From contig NZ_CP042905.2 in the NCBI RefSeq assembly GCF_008000775.2, positions 1,650,001 through 1,682,000 of the forward strand: 32,000 bases of DNA. Reading direction: 5' to 3'. Positions 9,340-16,749 of the stretch are shown in pieces. The translations under genes were made by a program, and so were the position numbers. How positions within the stretch are numbered: the stretch's first letter is position 1; each line of letters opens with the position of its first letter. Below the pieces are notes generated by a model. That model did not search any database. It was not told where the DNA came from and was given only the letters and a program-made list of their open reading frames with translations. The stretch is from Promethearchaeum syntrophicum (GTDB lineage Archaea > Asgardarchaeota > Lokiarchaeia > Sigyniarchaeales > Promethearchaeaceae).

Positions 9340-10103
9340 ATCTCTGGTATCCAATTTGTTAATTTAGATTGATTAACAGGTACTTTAATCTGTTTTTTTA
9401 ACAATAATCTAGTTCTTTGTTCAATTATTTCAATAATTCTGTTTACAACATCTTCGGCAGTCATATTTTCAGTCCAAATTCGGGTAATTCTGTTATTTTT
9501 CTCAATTTTATTTTCTATGAAAATTTCTTCATATTTTTTTAAAACTCGCTTTAAATATTCAAAATCACCTTCATTCCACTTTTCTCGGCTAATATCCAGC
9601 GATCCTCGATGATAAATCCGTTGCATAATTGTTTTTGGTTCTGCATTCAGAAAAATAATATGATCTTTTTGCCAAGATACAGAAGTAAAGGTGTCATTTA
9701 TTAATGAATAATCAATTTTTGGAAGAGAAAGTGCGCGAGCATATGCTATCGTTGTAAATGGGGTTCGGTCTGAGATGCAGATGCGTTCCCTATGGTTGGT
9801 CACGAATTTCTTTATTATTTCATTTCTTTTTATCATTTGCTGGTTATAATGTAATTCTGCTCGAAATGCAATGTTCTTATCTTTTGATCCAAATGGAACA
9901 GGAGGATTTGCTCGTAGTCGTTCGGGCATAAAAAGGATGTTCTTGTTTTCTATAAGTTTTTTCTGTAAAAGGAGATAAACTGTGGTTTTTCCAACTCCGT
10001 GGACACCAGCAATAGAGAATACGAATCCATCACCCTTTGACCGAGATCTTTTGGTTTTGTGTTTTTTTATCGATTTTGTTTTTTTTCCTTTGATTTGCAC
10101 CAC
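9336..10103 (-). CDS. P-loop kinase, deoxynucleoside kinase-like, with basic N-terminal tail
   Basis: 255 aa. P-loop IAGVHGVGKTT, then MPERLRANP and ISDRTPFT resembling dNK-family ERS/DR motifs. The N-terminus is lysine/arginine-rich (KGKKTKSIKKHKTKRSRSKG). Confidence 0.55.
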   Translation of the reverse strand: MVQIKGKKTKSIKKHKTKRSRSKGDGFVFSIAGVHGVGKTTVYLLLQKKLIENKNILFMPERLRANPPVPFGSKDKNIAFRAELHYNQQMIKRNEIIKKFVTNHRERICISDRTPFTTIAYARALSLPKIDYSLINDTFTSVSWQKDHIIFLNAEPKTIMQRIYHRGSLDISREKWNEGDFEYLKRVLKKYEEIFIENKIEKNNRITRIWTENMTAEDVVNRIIEIIEQRTRLLLKKQIKVPVNQSKLTNWIPEI

Positions 10104-10242
10104 AAAAACTCCTTGAAAAATAATCTATTCTTATTATAATTTGCATTTATTTAAAATAAAAAGGATTAATGGAATAATAGGACATTTGTATATTGAAATA
10201 ACAAAATTGAAAAGTCAAAATGTTTTCTCTGAATTTGATATT

Positions 10243-11634
10243 ATGAGATTAGATAAAGACGCTATGATTGAAAAAATGCAAGAAATTATTAATAAAGTGC
10301 CACCAAAATATTATGCAGATATACTATACGACAAAATCTCATCAATTAATATTCAACAATCTATTTCGGGCGAAAATTTATCTGTAATTCCAAGAATTGA
10401 TGGATTTGTGTTTAGAATTTTTGATGGATCCATATTTCATGAAATTTCTGACTCTAATCTCTTCAATTTAGAAGAGAGAGTATTAAAATTACAATCAAAT
10501 ATTGAATATAATCCAATAATCGAATTTATTTCCTATCCTAAACATTCAATAGATAAAGAATTCTCAATGAAAAATGATTTTACATTAATTTCCTTGGAAG
10601 AGAAACATAAAAAAATCATGGATTTGCATTTATCAATTAGAAAAATAGATCAACATGTAATCAATCCAGTTATTACGTATAAAGATTCTATGCTAGAACG
10701 AATTTTTATAAATAATGAAGGGAGTTTATTACGCCAGAAAATTCCCCGCACTTATTTGGAAATTAAACCAATTGTATCCATAGATAATAAAACTGATTAT
10801 GATACTTGTTCAGTTGGTTCTGAAGGCGGGTTCGAAATATTTGAGCAAATAAATAATGAACTCCTTGAGAAATTAGTTAAATCGTCTATAGAATTAACAA
10901 CAGCACCACACCCTCCCAGTGGAAAAATACCTGTAATTTTGGATCCTACTATTGCTGGAAATATTGCTCATGCTGTGTTCGGTCATAGTTTGCAAGGAGA
11001 TCAAATCCTACGTGGAAGAAGTATTTGGGAAAAATTTTATCTAAAACAAGTGGCATCTGAAATTGTAAATATAAGTGATAGTCCAATAGAAGAAGGGGCG
11101 TATGGTTCATATTTATTTGATGATGAAGGTGTGATGTGTAAGAAAACTCCTCTTATTGAAAAAGGGGTAATCACAAATTATTTACATTCGCGAGTTACTG
11201 CGAGTATACTTAAAATGGAGAATAATCTCTTTGGAAACGGTCGGAGGCAAGATTATTTGCATCCAGTTTATCCGAGGAATTCAAATACATTTGTTGAACC
11301 TGGTGATTATTCAAAAGAAGAGATGATTCATGAAATGGAATATGGTGTTTTAGTTTCACAAAGTGATTTTGGAATGGAAGATCCTATTGGGGGTGGAATT
11401 CAAACAAATTCAAGATCAGGATTTCTCATCGAAAATGGGGAAATTTCTACCAGAGTTAAGAGTATTGCCTTATCTGGCAATGCATTGGATTTATTGATGT
11501 CGATCGATGCAGTTTCAAAGGGTCCGATTTCACGAGTTAGTTTTAATAGCCGGAAAGGTCGTGAAGATATTGTTCCCGTTTCGTTTGGAGGAGTATTCGT
11601 CAGGGCTCAAAATATTTTCATAAGTCCTGGATAA
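10243..11634 (+). CDS. TldD-family (peptidase U62) protein lacking the catalytic Glu of HExxxH
   Basis: Family-typical C-terminal blocks (FDDEG, GNGRR, SNTFVEPG, FLIENGE). The motif position reads H277-A-V-F-G-H282 SLQGD, where TldD has HExxxH..E. The start is moved to the ATG at 10243 because the track's TTG at 10141 would leave only a very short divergent promoter gap. Confidence 0.8.
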   Translation: MRLDKDAMIEKMQEIINKVPPKYYADILYDKISSINIQQSISGENLSVIPRIDGFVFRIFDGSIFHEISDSNLFNLEERVLKLQSNIEYNPIIEFISYPKHSIDKEFSMKNDFTLISLEEKHKKIMDLHLSIRKIDQHVINPVITYKDSMLERIFINNEGSLLRQKIPRTYLEIKPIVSIDNKTDYDTCSVGSEGGFEIFEQINNELLEKLVKSSIELTTAPHPPSGKIPVILDPTIAGNIAHAVFGHSLQGDQILRGRSIWEKFYLKQVASEIVNISDSPIEEGAYGSYLFDDEGVMCKKTPLIEKGVITNYLHSRVTASILKMENNLFGNGRRQDYLHPVYPRNSNTFVEPGDYSKEEMIHEMEYGVLVSQSDFGMEDPIGGGIQTNSRSGFLIENGEISTRVKSIALSGNALDLLMSIDAVSKGPISRVSFNSRKGREDIVPVSFGGVFVRAQNIFISPG

Positions 11635-11657
11635 AATAATGGATAAAGGTGCAAAAA

Positions 11658-13052
11658 ATGAGTGAAAAGCTAAAAAACCGAAAAAATTCAATAGAAAGCC
11701 TGGCAGATCTTGTAAAATCTCAAGTATCAAAATCGGGAATTGAGAAATGGGATATTTATATACATAATGGGCAAATTAATTCATTATATTTACGAAAATC
11801 AAAAAGAGATATTAAAGTAGAAACAGAACTTAAAGATTCCAGACATTATTTTTCATATGTTCTCCGATTATTCCAAGATAAACCAGATAATAAAATGGCT
11901 TGTGGGATTGTCTCGCTGAATAGCATTTCCATCAATGAAATTCAAAAAGCAATTAAGAAAGCAAAATCAATTTTAAAAATAAATACTGGTCCAAAATATG
12001 AATTAGTTTCACCTGGTATGAAATATCCCTCACTAAAAACCATTGATAAAGATGTATGGGAAGATCCTGAAGGATTTTTGGTAAAAAAAGGTAAAGAACT
12101 CAAGCAACAGTTAAGAGAAATAATCCCCGCTTCAACTACATTTGGTAAATTTAGAGTGTATAGAAAAGAAAAAATGCTTCTAAATTATCTGGATTTTTCA
12201 AAGATAAAAAAAAGTACTAATTTCTATTATGAATTTTCATTCAAAAGCGTTGATGAAAAAGGAAGAATGGCTGAATATTGGCCCGCAGGATGGTTTAAAA
12301 CCGTAGATCAACTAAAATTTGACGAATTAATCCCAGAATGGGCTACGCTCGCAAAAGATGCTTTAAGAGCTAAAAAACCCTCATCCAATAAATCTATAGA
12401 TATCATTTTACCTCCTCGCTTAGTTAGAATTGCATTCCTTGAAACCATTGGATATTCAGCAACCGGACGTGCATTATATGAAAAAACTTCTCATTTAAAA
12501 GAAGGAGATCAAATTGCAGTAGATGATCTCACTGTTATTGATGATGGATTAAAAGAAGATCTATTATATTCAAGTGAATGGGATTCAGAGGGTAATCCAA
12601 AGCAATCAACGACAATTATTGAGAATGGAATCATGAAGAATTTTATTTTTGATCAAAAATTCGCTCAACTTATTGGTAGAACCTCAACTGGCAATGCTCA
12701 ACGTAACCCATCACGGGGGGGAAATATTAATATTGAGTTAAATAATCTAATTGTAAACCCTGGTTCTATATCACTTAAAGAGCTTGTTGGAAACTCAAAA
12801 AATGCAATGTATGTAAACAAATTTTCATGGTTACACCCAAATCCGATAACGGGAGAATTCGGTGCAACTATCGATAATGCGTATTTAATCGAGAATGGAA
12901 AATTAACACAACCAATAAAAGGTGGAATAATATCAGGGAATGTTTATGATATGATTCAAAATATTGCTGGTATTTCAAAAGAAACGAGAATCGTAATGAA
13001 TTCAAAAGTTCCTTTTATTAAATTTAGAAATATGCATTTAATTGCCAATTAA
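11658..13052 (+). CDS. PmbA/TldE-family (peptidase U62) protein
   Basis: About 464 aa from the ATG at 11658 (the track start is GTG at 11649). Family blocks WDSEGNP, TGNAQR, GEFGATIDNAYLIENGK. The motif position reads FLETIGY, with no His. It directly follows the TldD-like gene. Confidence 0.75.
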   Translation: MSEKLKNRKNSIESLADLVKSQVSKSGIEKWDIYIHNGQINSLYLRKSKRDIKVETELKDSRHYFSYVLRLFQDKPDNKMACGIVSLNSISINEIQKAIKKAKSILKINTGPKYELVSPGMKYPSLKTIDKDVWEDPEGFLVKKGKELKQQLREIIPASTTFGKFRVYRKEKMLLNYLDFSKIKKSTNFYYEFSFKSVDEKGRMAEYWPAGWFKTVDQLKFDELIPEWATLAKDALRAKKPSSNKSIDIILPPRLVRIAFLETIGYSATGRALYEKTSHLKEGDQIAVDDLTVIDDGLKEDLLYSSEWDSEGNPKQSTTIIENGIMKNFIFDQKFAQLIGRTSTGNAQRNPSRGGNINIELNNLIVNPGSISLKELVGNSKNAMYVNKFSWLHPNPITGEFGATIDNAYLIENGKLTQPIKGGIISGNVYDMIQNIAGISKETRIVMNSKVPFIKFRNMHLIAN

Positions 13053-13062
13053 AAATTAATAC

Positions 13063-13091
13063 TTTTTTCAAATAAATTAGATAAAAAAAAA
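13063..13091. terminator. Possible bidirectional oligo-T termination zone between convergent genes
   Basis: A T6 run at 13063..13068 on the + strand follows the PmbA stop. An A9 run at 13083..13091 (T9 on the - strand) follows the GTPase stop. Archaeal termination commonly uses oligo-T tracts. Confidence 0.25.
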
Positions 13092-13119
13092 TAAAAGGAA
13101 TTATATTTTTTCCAATCTT

Positions 13120-14040
13120 TTAGAAATAAATCATCAATTTTTCCACCGCATCAAGTAATCCTTCTATATCTCCTTTTACCGTTTCAATGTTTGAAGAATT
13201 TTGGATATCAAACCCATAAGTGAAATAAAATCGTTTTTTATTTGAGCTAAATTGTTTCATTTCTACCACTGTAAAATCCGTTTGAAATGAAATTTCTTTC
13301 AAAGTCATGGTTTTTTTAGTAAAGGTTTGAAAAAGGCTATGGGCAACATCGCGTAATTTAATTTGCTCAATTGCAGGTTTAAAATAACTGGCTACTTCTA
13401 TTAAATCTTCAGAGAAGATAATAATAAAATCTAGCATTTGCGTAATTTGATTCTTATTGCAGAAATCATCGAAAAGAATTCCTAAATTATCATACAATGT
13501 AGAATTCCCTAACAAGGGTTTGCTAAATGCATGAATTATGGATAAAGGGTTAAAGATCGTAGTGTGATATAATGCTAATTTCAATGGTGCTGCGATTTCA
13601 ATAAATTTTTGTTTTAAAACCTCAAGCATTTTCATATTTTCCGGATCTTGCTCCATTCCAGGGTCAAATTTGTGGATTAAGATGTGAATTTTCGCATCAG
13701 GGCTGAAATCAGCAATTTTATCCCTAAAATCCTTAAAATAATTTATAGATTTTTCAAATGAACCTTGATCTTGAATATCAATTACGAATAAGGTTTGATC
13801 CACATCAGAGAATACTACTTCTGCTTTTCTGTCTAAGTATTGTTCTCGATATCTTTCTTGCCCTCCTAGATCCCAAATTGATATATCTTTTCCCAATAAT
13901 TTTAGCTTTTGTCTTTCAATACCTTTAGTTGGTTTTAATTTAGTAATTGCGCTAAATTCTTTTTGGAGACTTCGTATTAAACTTGTTTTTCCTGCATTTT
14001 GTATTCCAAATATTGGAATCTTCATTAATTCTTTTGACAT
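13120..14040 (-). CDS. Small GTPase with C-terminal ~130-aa extension (Rag/Gtr-like architecture), paralog B
   Basis: 306 aa. G1 GIQNAGKTS, G2 region PTKGIE, G3 WDLGGQ, G4 HKFD (the HKxD form is characteristic of Rag/Gtr GTPases), G5-like TTIFN. The C-terminal domain is the size of a roadblock/longin domain. The SD-like AGAGGT (14047..14052, - strand) overlaps the stop codon of the upstream paralog. Confidence 0.85.
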   Translation of the reverse strand: MSKELMKIPIFGIQNAGKTSLIRSLQKEFSAITKLKPTKGIERQKLKLLGKDISIWDLGGQERYREQYLDRKAEVVFSDVDQTLFVIDIQDQGSFEKSINYFKDFRDKIADFSPDAKIHILIHKFDPGMEQDPENMKMLEVLKQKFIEIAAPLKLALYHTTIFNPLSIIHAFSKPLLGNSTLYDNLGILFDDFCNKNQITQMLDFIIIFSEDLIEVASYFKPAIEQIKLRDVAHSLFQTFTKKTMTLKEISFQTDFTVVEMKQFSSNKKRFYFTYGFDIQNSSNIETVKGDIEGLLDAVEKLMIYF

Positions 14041-14051
14041 GTAAAAACCTC

Positions 14052-14948
14052 TTAGAAATATTTCATTATTGTTTTAACTTCTTGTAAAACATTGAAGGCT
14101 TCTGCACTTAATGGCGCCGGATCCTGGACAGCTTCAATATCATATCCATATGTGAAATAATATGGATCGCCACCCGCTTCAAATTGAATCATTCTAACTG
14201 AAATTGCGTCAGTATGTAAAGAAATATCAGATAATTCTAGTTTCTTATCATCAAATACATTAAATATTTCAAATGCCACATCACGCATTTGCTGTTGATT
14301 CACGCTTGGATCGAAATAATTTCCAATTTCCATCAAATTCTTTGAAAAAATAATAATAAATTTAGCTTCGGTCCGATTGACAAATTCGTAAAATGCAAAT
14401 TGAAAGTTGTCGTAAAGAGTAGTATTTCCAAACACTGGTTTACTAAAAGCTTGAATGACAGAGATTGGATTGAAAATTGAAGTCTTGGTTACTCTGGCAG
14501 AAAAAGGTTCTGCTAGTTCAGAAAATTTCTTGTTTATTGTTTCATAAAGTTTCATGTTATCTTCCATTTCTTCAAAACCAGGATCGAATTTATTAATTAA
14601 GATATTCATTGATGCCTTTGGTGAATATTCTGCAAGATCTTCTTTAATCTCCTGAAAATAGGTAATAGCTTCAGAGAAAGAATCTTGATCTTGAAAATCT
14701 ATTACATAAAATAATTCTTCTATACCAACAAAATAGTTTTTTGCTTTTTTCTTGTAAGTTTCACGGTATTTTGATTGCCCTCCAAAATCCCAAACTACAA
14801 TTTTTTTTGAAAAACACTCCAAGCTAGTGCGTTCAATTCCTTTCGTCGGTTTTAAATCTGCGAGAGATTTAAATTCTCGTTTAAGTGTGCGTAGTAATGA
14901 TGTTTTTCCGCCGTTAGCGATTCCTAGTATTACAATTTTTTCCGCCAT
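14052..14948 (-). CDS. Small GTPase with C-terminal ~130-aa extension (Rag/Gtr-like architecture), paralog A
   Basis: 298 aa. G1 GIANGGKTS, G3 WDFGGQ, G4 NKFD, G5-like KTSIFN. It aligns along its full length with the downstream paralog, including the C-terminal domain (both end ..FTYG[YF]DI...M[KI]YF). SD-like AGAGGT at 14955..14960 (- strand). Confidence 0.85.
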   Translation of the reverse strand: MAEKIVILGIANGGKTSLLRTLKREFKSLADLKPTKGIERTSLECFSKKIVVWDFGGQSKYRETYKKKAKNYFVGIEELFYVIDFQDQDSFSEAITYFQEIKEDLAEYSPKASMNILINKFDPGFEEMEDNMKLYETINKKFSELAEPFSARVTKTSIFNPISVIQAFSKPVFGNTTLYDNFQFAFYEFVNRTEAKFIIIFSKNLMEIGNYFDPSVNQQQMRDVAFEIFNVFDDKKLELSDISLHTDAISVRMIQFEAGGDPYYFTYGYDIEAVQDPAPLSAEAFNVLQEVKTIMKYF

Positions 14949-15257
14949 GTTCCAACCTCTAATTATACTTATACATAGTTTGCTATTTCCTAATAAAATA
15001 TTCTTTTCAAATCGTGAAATTTCGACAAAAAGAAGTTTAGTTAATTCAATTTGAAAAATCTCATAAACACTGATAGTATCGCTAATTATTTTAACGATTT
15101 CTTTGAATTTTCTTGAAATTCCAATTTTAAAACAAGTTGTTTATTCAATTAAAAGAGAAAATTTTCACTCAAATTTGCTGGAATGATCCTATTCGTGATA
15201 TTTTATTAAAAATAAATGGCTAGAAGATATTAATGAATATACTCTTAGTGAATTGAT

Positions 15258-15677
15258 TTAATTTATTTCCAAATAATTTTTTAGTAAATTTTTCCACTCT
15301 TCTAACGTTCCATTTATCTTTTTCAATAGTTCTTCATTAGAAATCGATGAGTAAATATATAAGTATCCCTTATTCGTTTTAATTTGGTTATCAATATCAT
15401 GTTCCTGGCAGCGGATATTAAACTCCGTCAAAGATACTGATTCACGTATTACTAATCCTTTTTCAAGAAGAACTTTCAAATGTTTTTGTATAATACTTCT
15501 TTCAGAATTCGTGTTCTCGACTAAATTTTTAATACAGGAACCTGTTTTCTTTTTTAAGCGTAACGCTAAAAAGCAATCTACTTGTTTATTTGTGAGTTCA
15601 AATATAGCTTTAAGAGTATTAAAGACAAGGGGATTCTCTTCCAGTTCTAATAAAGATGGATTTATTGACACATTCAT
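15258..15677 (-). CDS. Winged-helix transcriptional regulator (MarR/TrmB/ArsR-like)
   Basis: 139 aa. NKQVDCFLALRLKKKTGSCIKNLVENTNSERSIIQKHLKVLLEKGLVIRE has the helix-turn-helix plus wing pattern. Confidence 0.55.
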   Translation of the reverse strand: MNVSINPSLLELEENPLVFNTLKAIFELTNKQVDCFLALRLKKKTGSCIKNLVENTNSERSIIQKHLKVLLEKGLVIRESVSLTEFNIRCQEHDIDNQIKTNKGYLYIYSSISNEELLKKINGTLEEWKNLLKNYLEIN

Positions 15678-15734
15678 AGTTATCGCGTTAATTTTATTGT
15701 GAAATTAAAAAAAAAATTAAAAATTATTTATAAT

Positions 15735-16163
15735 TTATTCGATTTTTTTTAAGACTGATTCTATTATTTGTGCGAATTGCGCTTTTGGAGCCATACCAAC
15801 TTGACGGTGCACTAATTTTTTACCTTTAATAAACAGAGTTGTTGGAATTCCTGATACTTGGAATTGTTGTGCAATTGGTTGGTGGTTATCTACATTAAGC
15901 TTTGAGAAAATGACATTTTTTCCTGCTTTTAGGTATTCTTTTTGAAGTGCTTCAAAATGTGGTCCGAAAGCTTTACACGGTCCGCACCATTGTGCCCAAA
16001 AATCTACGATAATAAGGCTATCTCCGTGGTCATTGACTAATTTATTAAAATGATCAACAGATTCAATGTTAATAACATCTTCTGGAAGTGGAACAATATT
16101 TTTGTTTATCATATCAGCCATCTTTTTTTGGCGGATTGCATCAATTTCGTTATCGTTTGACAT
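15735..16163 (-). CDS. trxA: Thioredoxin
   Basis: 142 aa. Canonical active site WAQWCGPCK and the downstream GIPT cis-Pro loop. It has an N-terminal extension of about 35 aa. Confidence 0.9.
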   Translation of the reverse strand: MSNDNEIDAIRQKKMADMINKNIVPLPEDVINIESVDHFNKLVNDHGDSLIIVDFWAQWCGPCKAFGPHFEALQKEYLKAGKNVIFSKLNVDNHQPIAQQFQVSGIPTTLFIKGKKLVHRQVGMAPKAQFAQIIESVLKKIE

Positions 16164-16208
16164 TATAATTCACTTTATTTCATTGGTAGGAAAATTTTAT
16201 TTCTTTGC

Positions 16209-16272
16209 AAGGTTGTGCAAATTTTTTTCCTCTACATATTCTAAATTTTCGCTACTATTTAAAGGTTGTGCA
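16209..16272. repeat. Two copies of an 11-nt direct repeat AAGGTTGTGCA in the divergent thioredoxin/selenoprotein-candidate intergenic region
   Basis: Exact copies at 16209..16219 and 16262..16272, each followed by a T-run. The first copy is embedded in the palindrome TTTGCA-AGGTTG-TGCAAA (16204..16221). Confidence 0.5.
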
Positions 16273-16324
16273 TTTTTTATTACCAAATAAGAAATTTTTT
16301 TTCCTTTCATTAATTAATTAATCT

Positions 16325-16627
16325 ATGAAATTTACAAGCGAAGCATGTAAGTTTATTAAACAAGAATCTTCAACCTTCAAATATGATCCTGTAGTTATGG
16401 TATTTGAACGGGTCTTCCAGGGCTGATGTGGCCAATCCAAGGCGGTAACCGCTTCATTAGTTGACAAAAAAATGCTGGCAAACGATACAGAATTTATTAT
16501 TAAAAATGGCTCAAAATGTCTTGTGCCAATATGGATTGAAAAGAATCTCCAGTATTTAGTTGATAACACTAAAATTGATGTCGCAGGTTGGTCTACCTAT
16601 CGCAGATTAATTGTGATTCCGAATTAA
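16325..16627 (+). CDS. Candidate selenoprotein: small HesB/IscA-like protein with in-frame UGA (Sec34, motif Q-G-U-C-G)
   Basis: A single frame from the ATG at 16325 to the TAA at 16625..16627 is interrupted only by TGA at 16424..16426. Translation: MKFTSEACKFIKQESSTFKYDPVVMVFERVFQG-U-CGQSKAVTASLVDKKMLANDTEFIIKNGSKCLVPIWIEKNLQYLVDNTKIDVAGWSTYRRLIVIPN. By eye, both halves align with A-type carrier/HesB proteins: the N-terminal 'i.iT..A...i' lead-in, GUCG against GCSG, and NLQYLVDNTKIDV against sLqyLdGt.iDy. A SECIS-like hairpin follows. TGA is an ordinary stop elsewhere in the window (25285..25287, 28698..28700). Confidence 0.6.
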
Positions 16628-16698
16628 TTCCCATGAGATGAAGCAAATTTACAAACTGAAGAAATTTGCAGATCCCAAAGCCATTGGAGGGGAATTAA
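16624..16698 (+). promoter_or_regulatory. Candidate SECIS element (3'-UTR stem-loop) of the UGA-containing gene
   Basis: Perfect 8-bp inner stem GCAAATTT (16643..16650) / AAATTTGC (16662..16669) with the 11-nt A-rich loop ACAAACTGAAG. The 5' flank is ATGAA (16638..16642) and the 3' flank is AGATC (16670..16674). An outer 9-bp stem TTAATTCCC (16624..16632) / GGGAATTAA (16690..16698) encloses it. The inner hairpin begins 16 nt after the stop codon. Confidence 0.45.
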
Positions 16699-16749
16699 CC
16701 GAAAATGAATAAATATCATATATAAGAAAAAGAAATTACGTGAAATCGC

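Noticed and set aside
10141-10242. TTG-initiated 34-codon extension of the TldD-like ORF.
   Set aside because: It would start only 37 nt from the divergent gene's start. The ATG at 10243 (MRLDKDAMIEKMQEII) is the more plausible start. This was not verified.
16424-16426. Alternative readings of the in-frame TGA: genome-wide TGA reassignment (for example to Trp or Gly), or a simple nonsense mutation.
   Set aside because: Reassignment is unlikely because TGA terminates other good ORFs in this window (25285..25287, 28698..28700). A nonsense pseudogene cannot be excluded, but it is less attractive given the TGA-TGT (U-C) placement at a Cys-ligand position, the intact downstream frame and the adjacent SECIS-like hairpin. 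It is kept as the main refutation route in the finding.
16318-16569. 83-aa minus-strand ORF in the track (MLSTKYWRFFSIHIGTRHFEPFL...).
   Set aside because: The sequence has no motif and odd composition. It lies exactly antisense to a better-supported + strand frame, the HesB-like frame with one TGA. I treat it as a shadow ORF.
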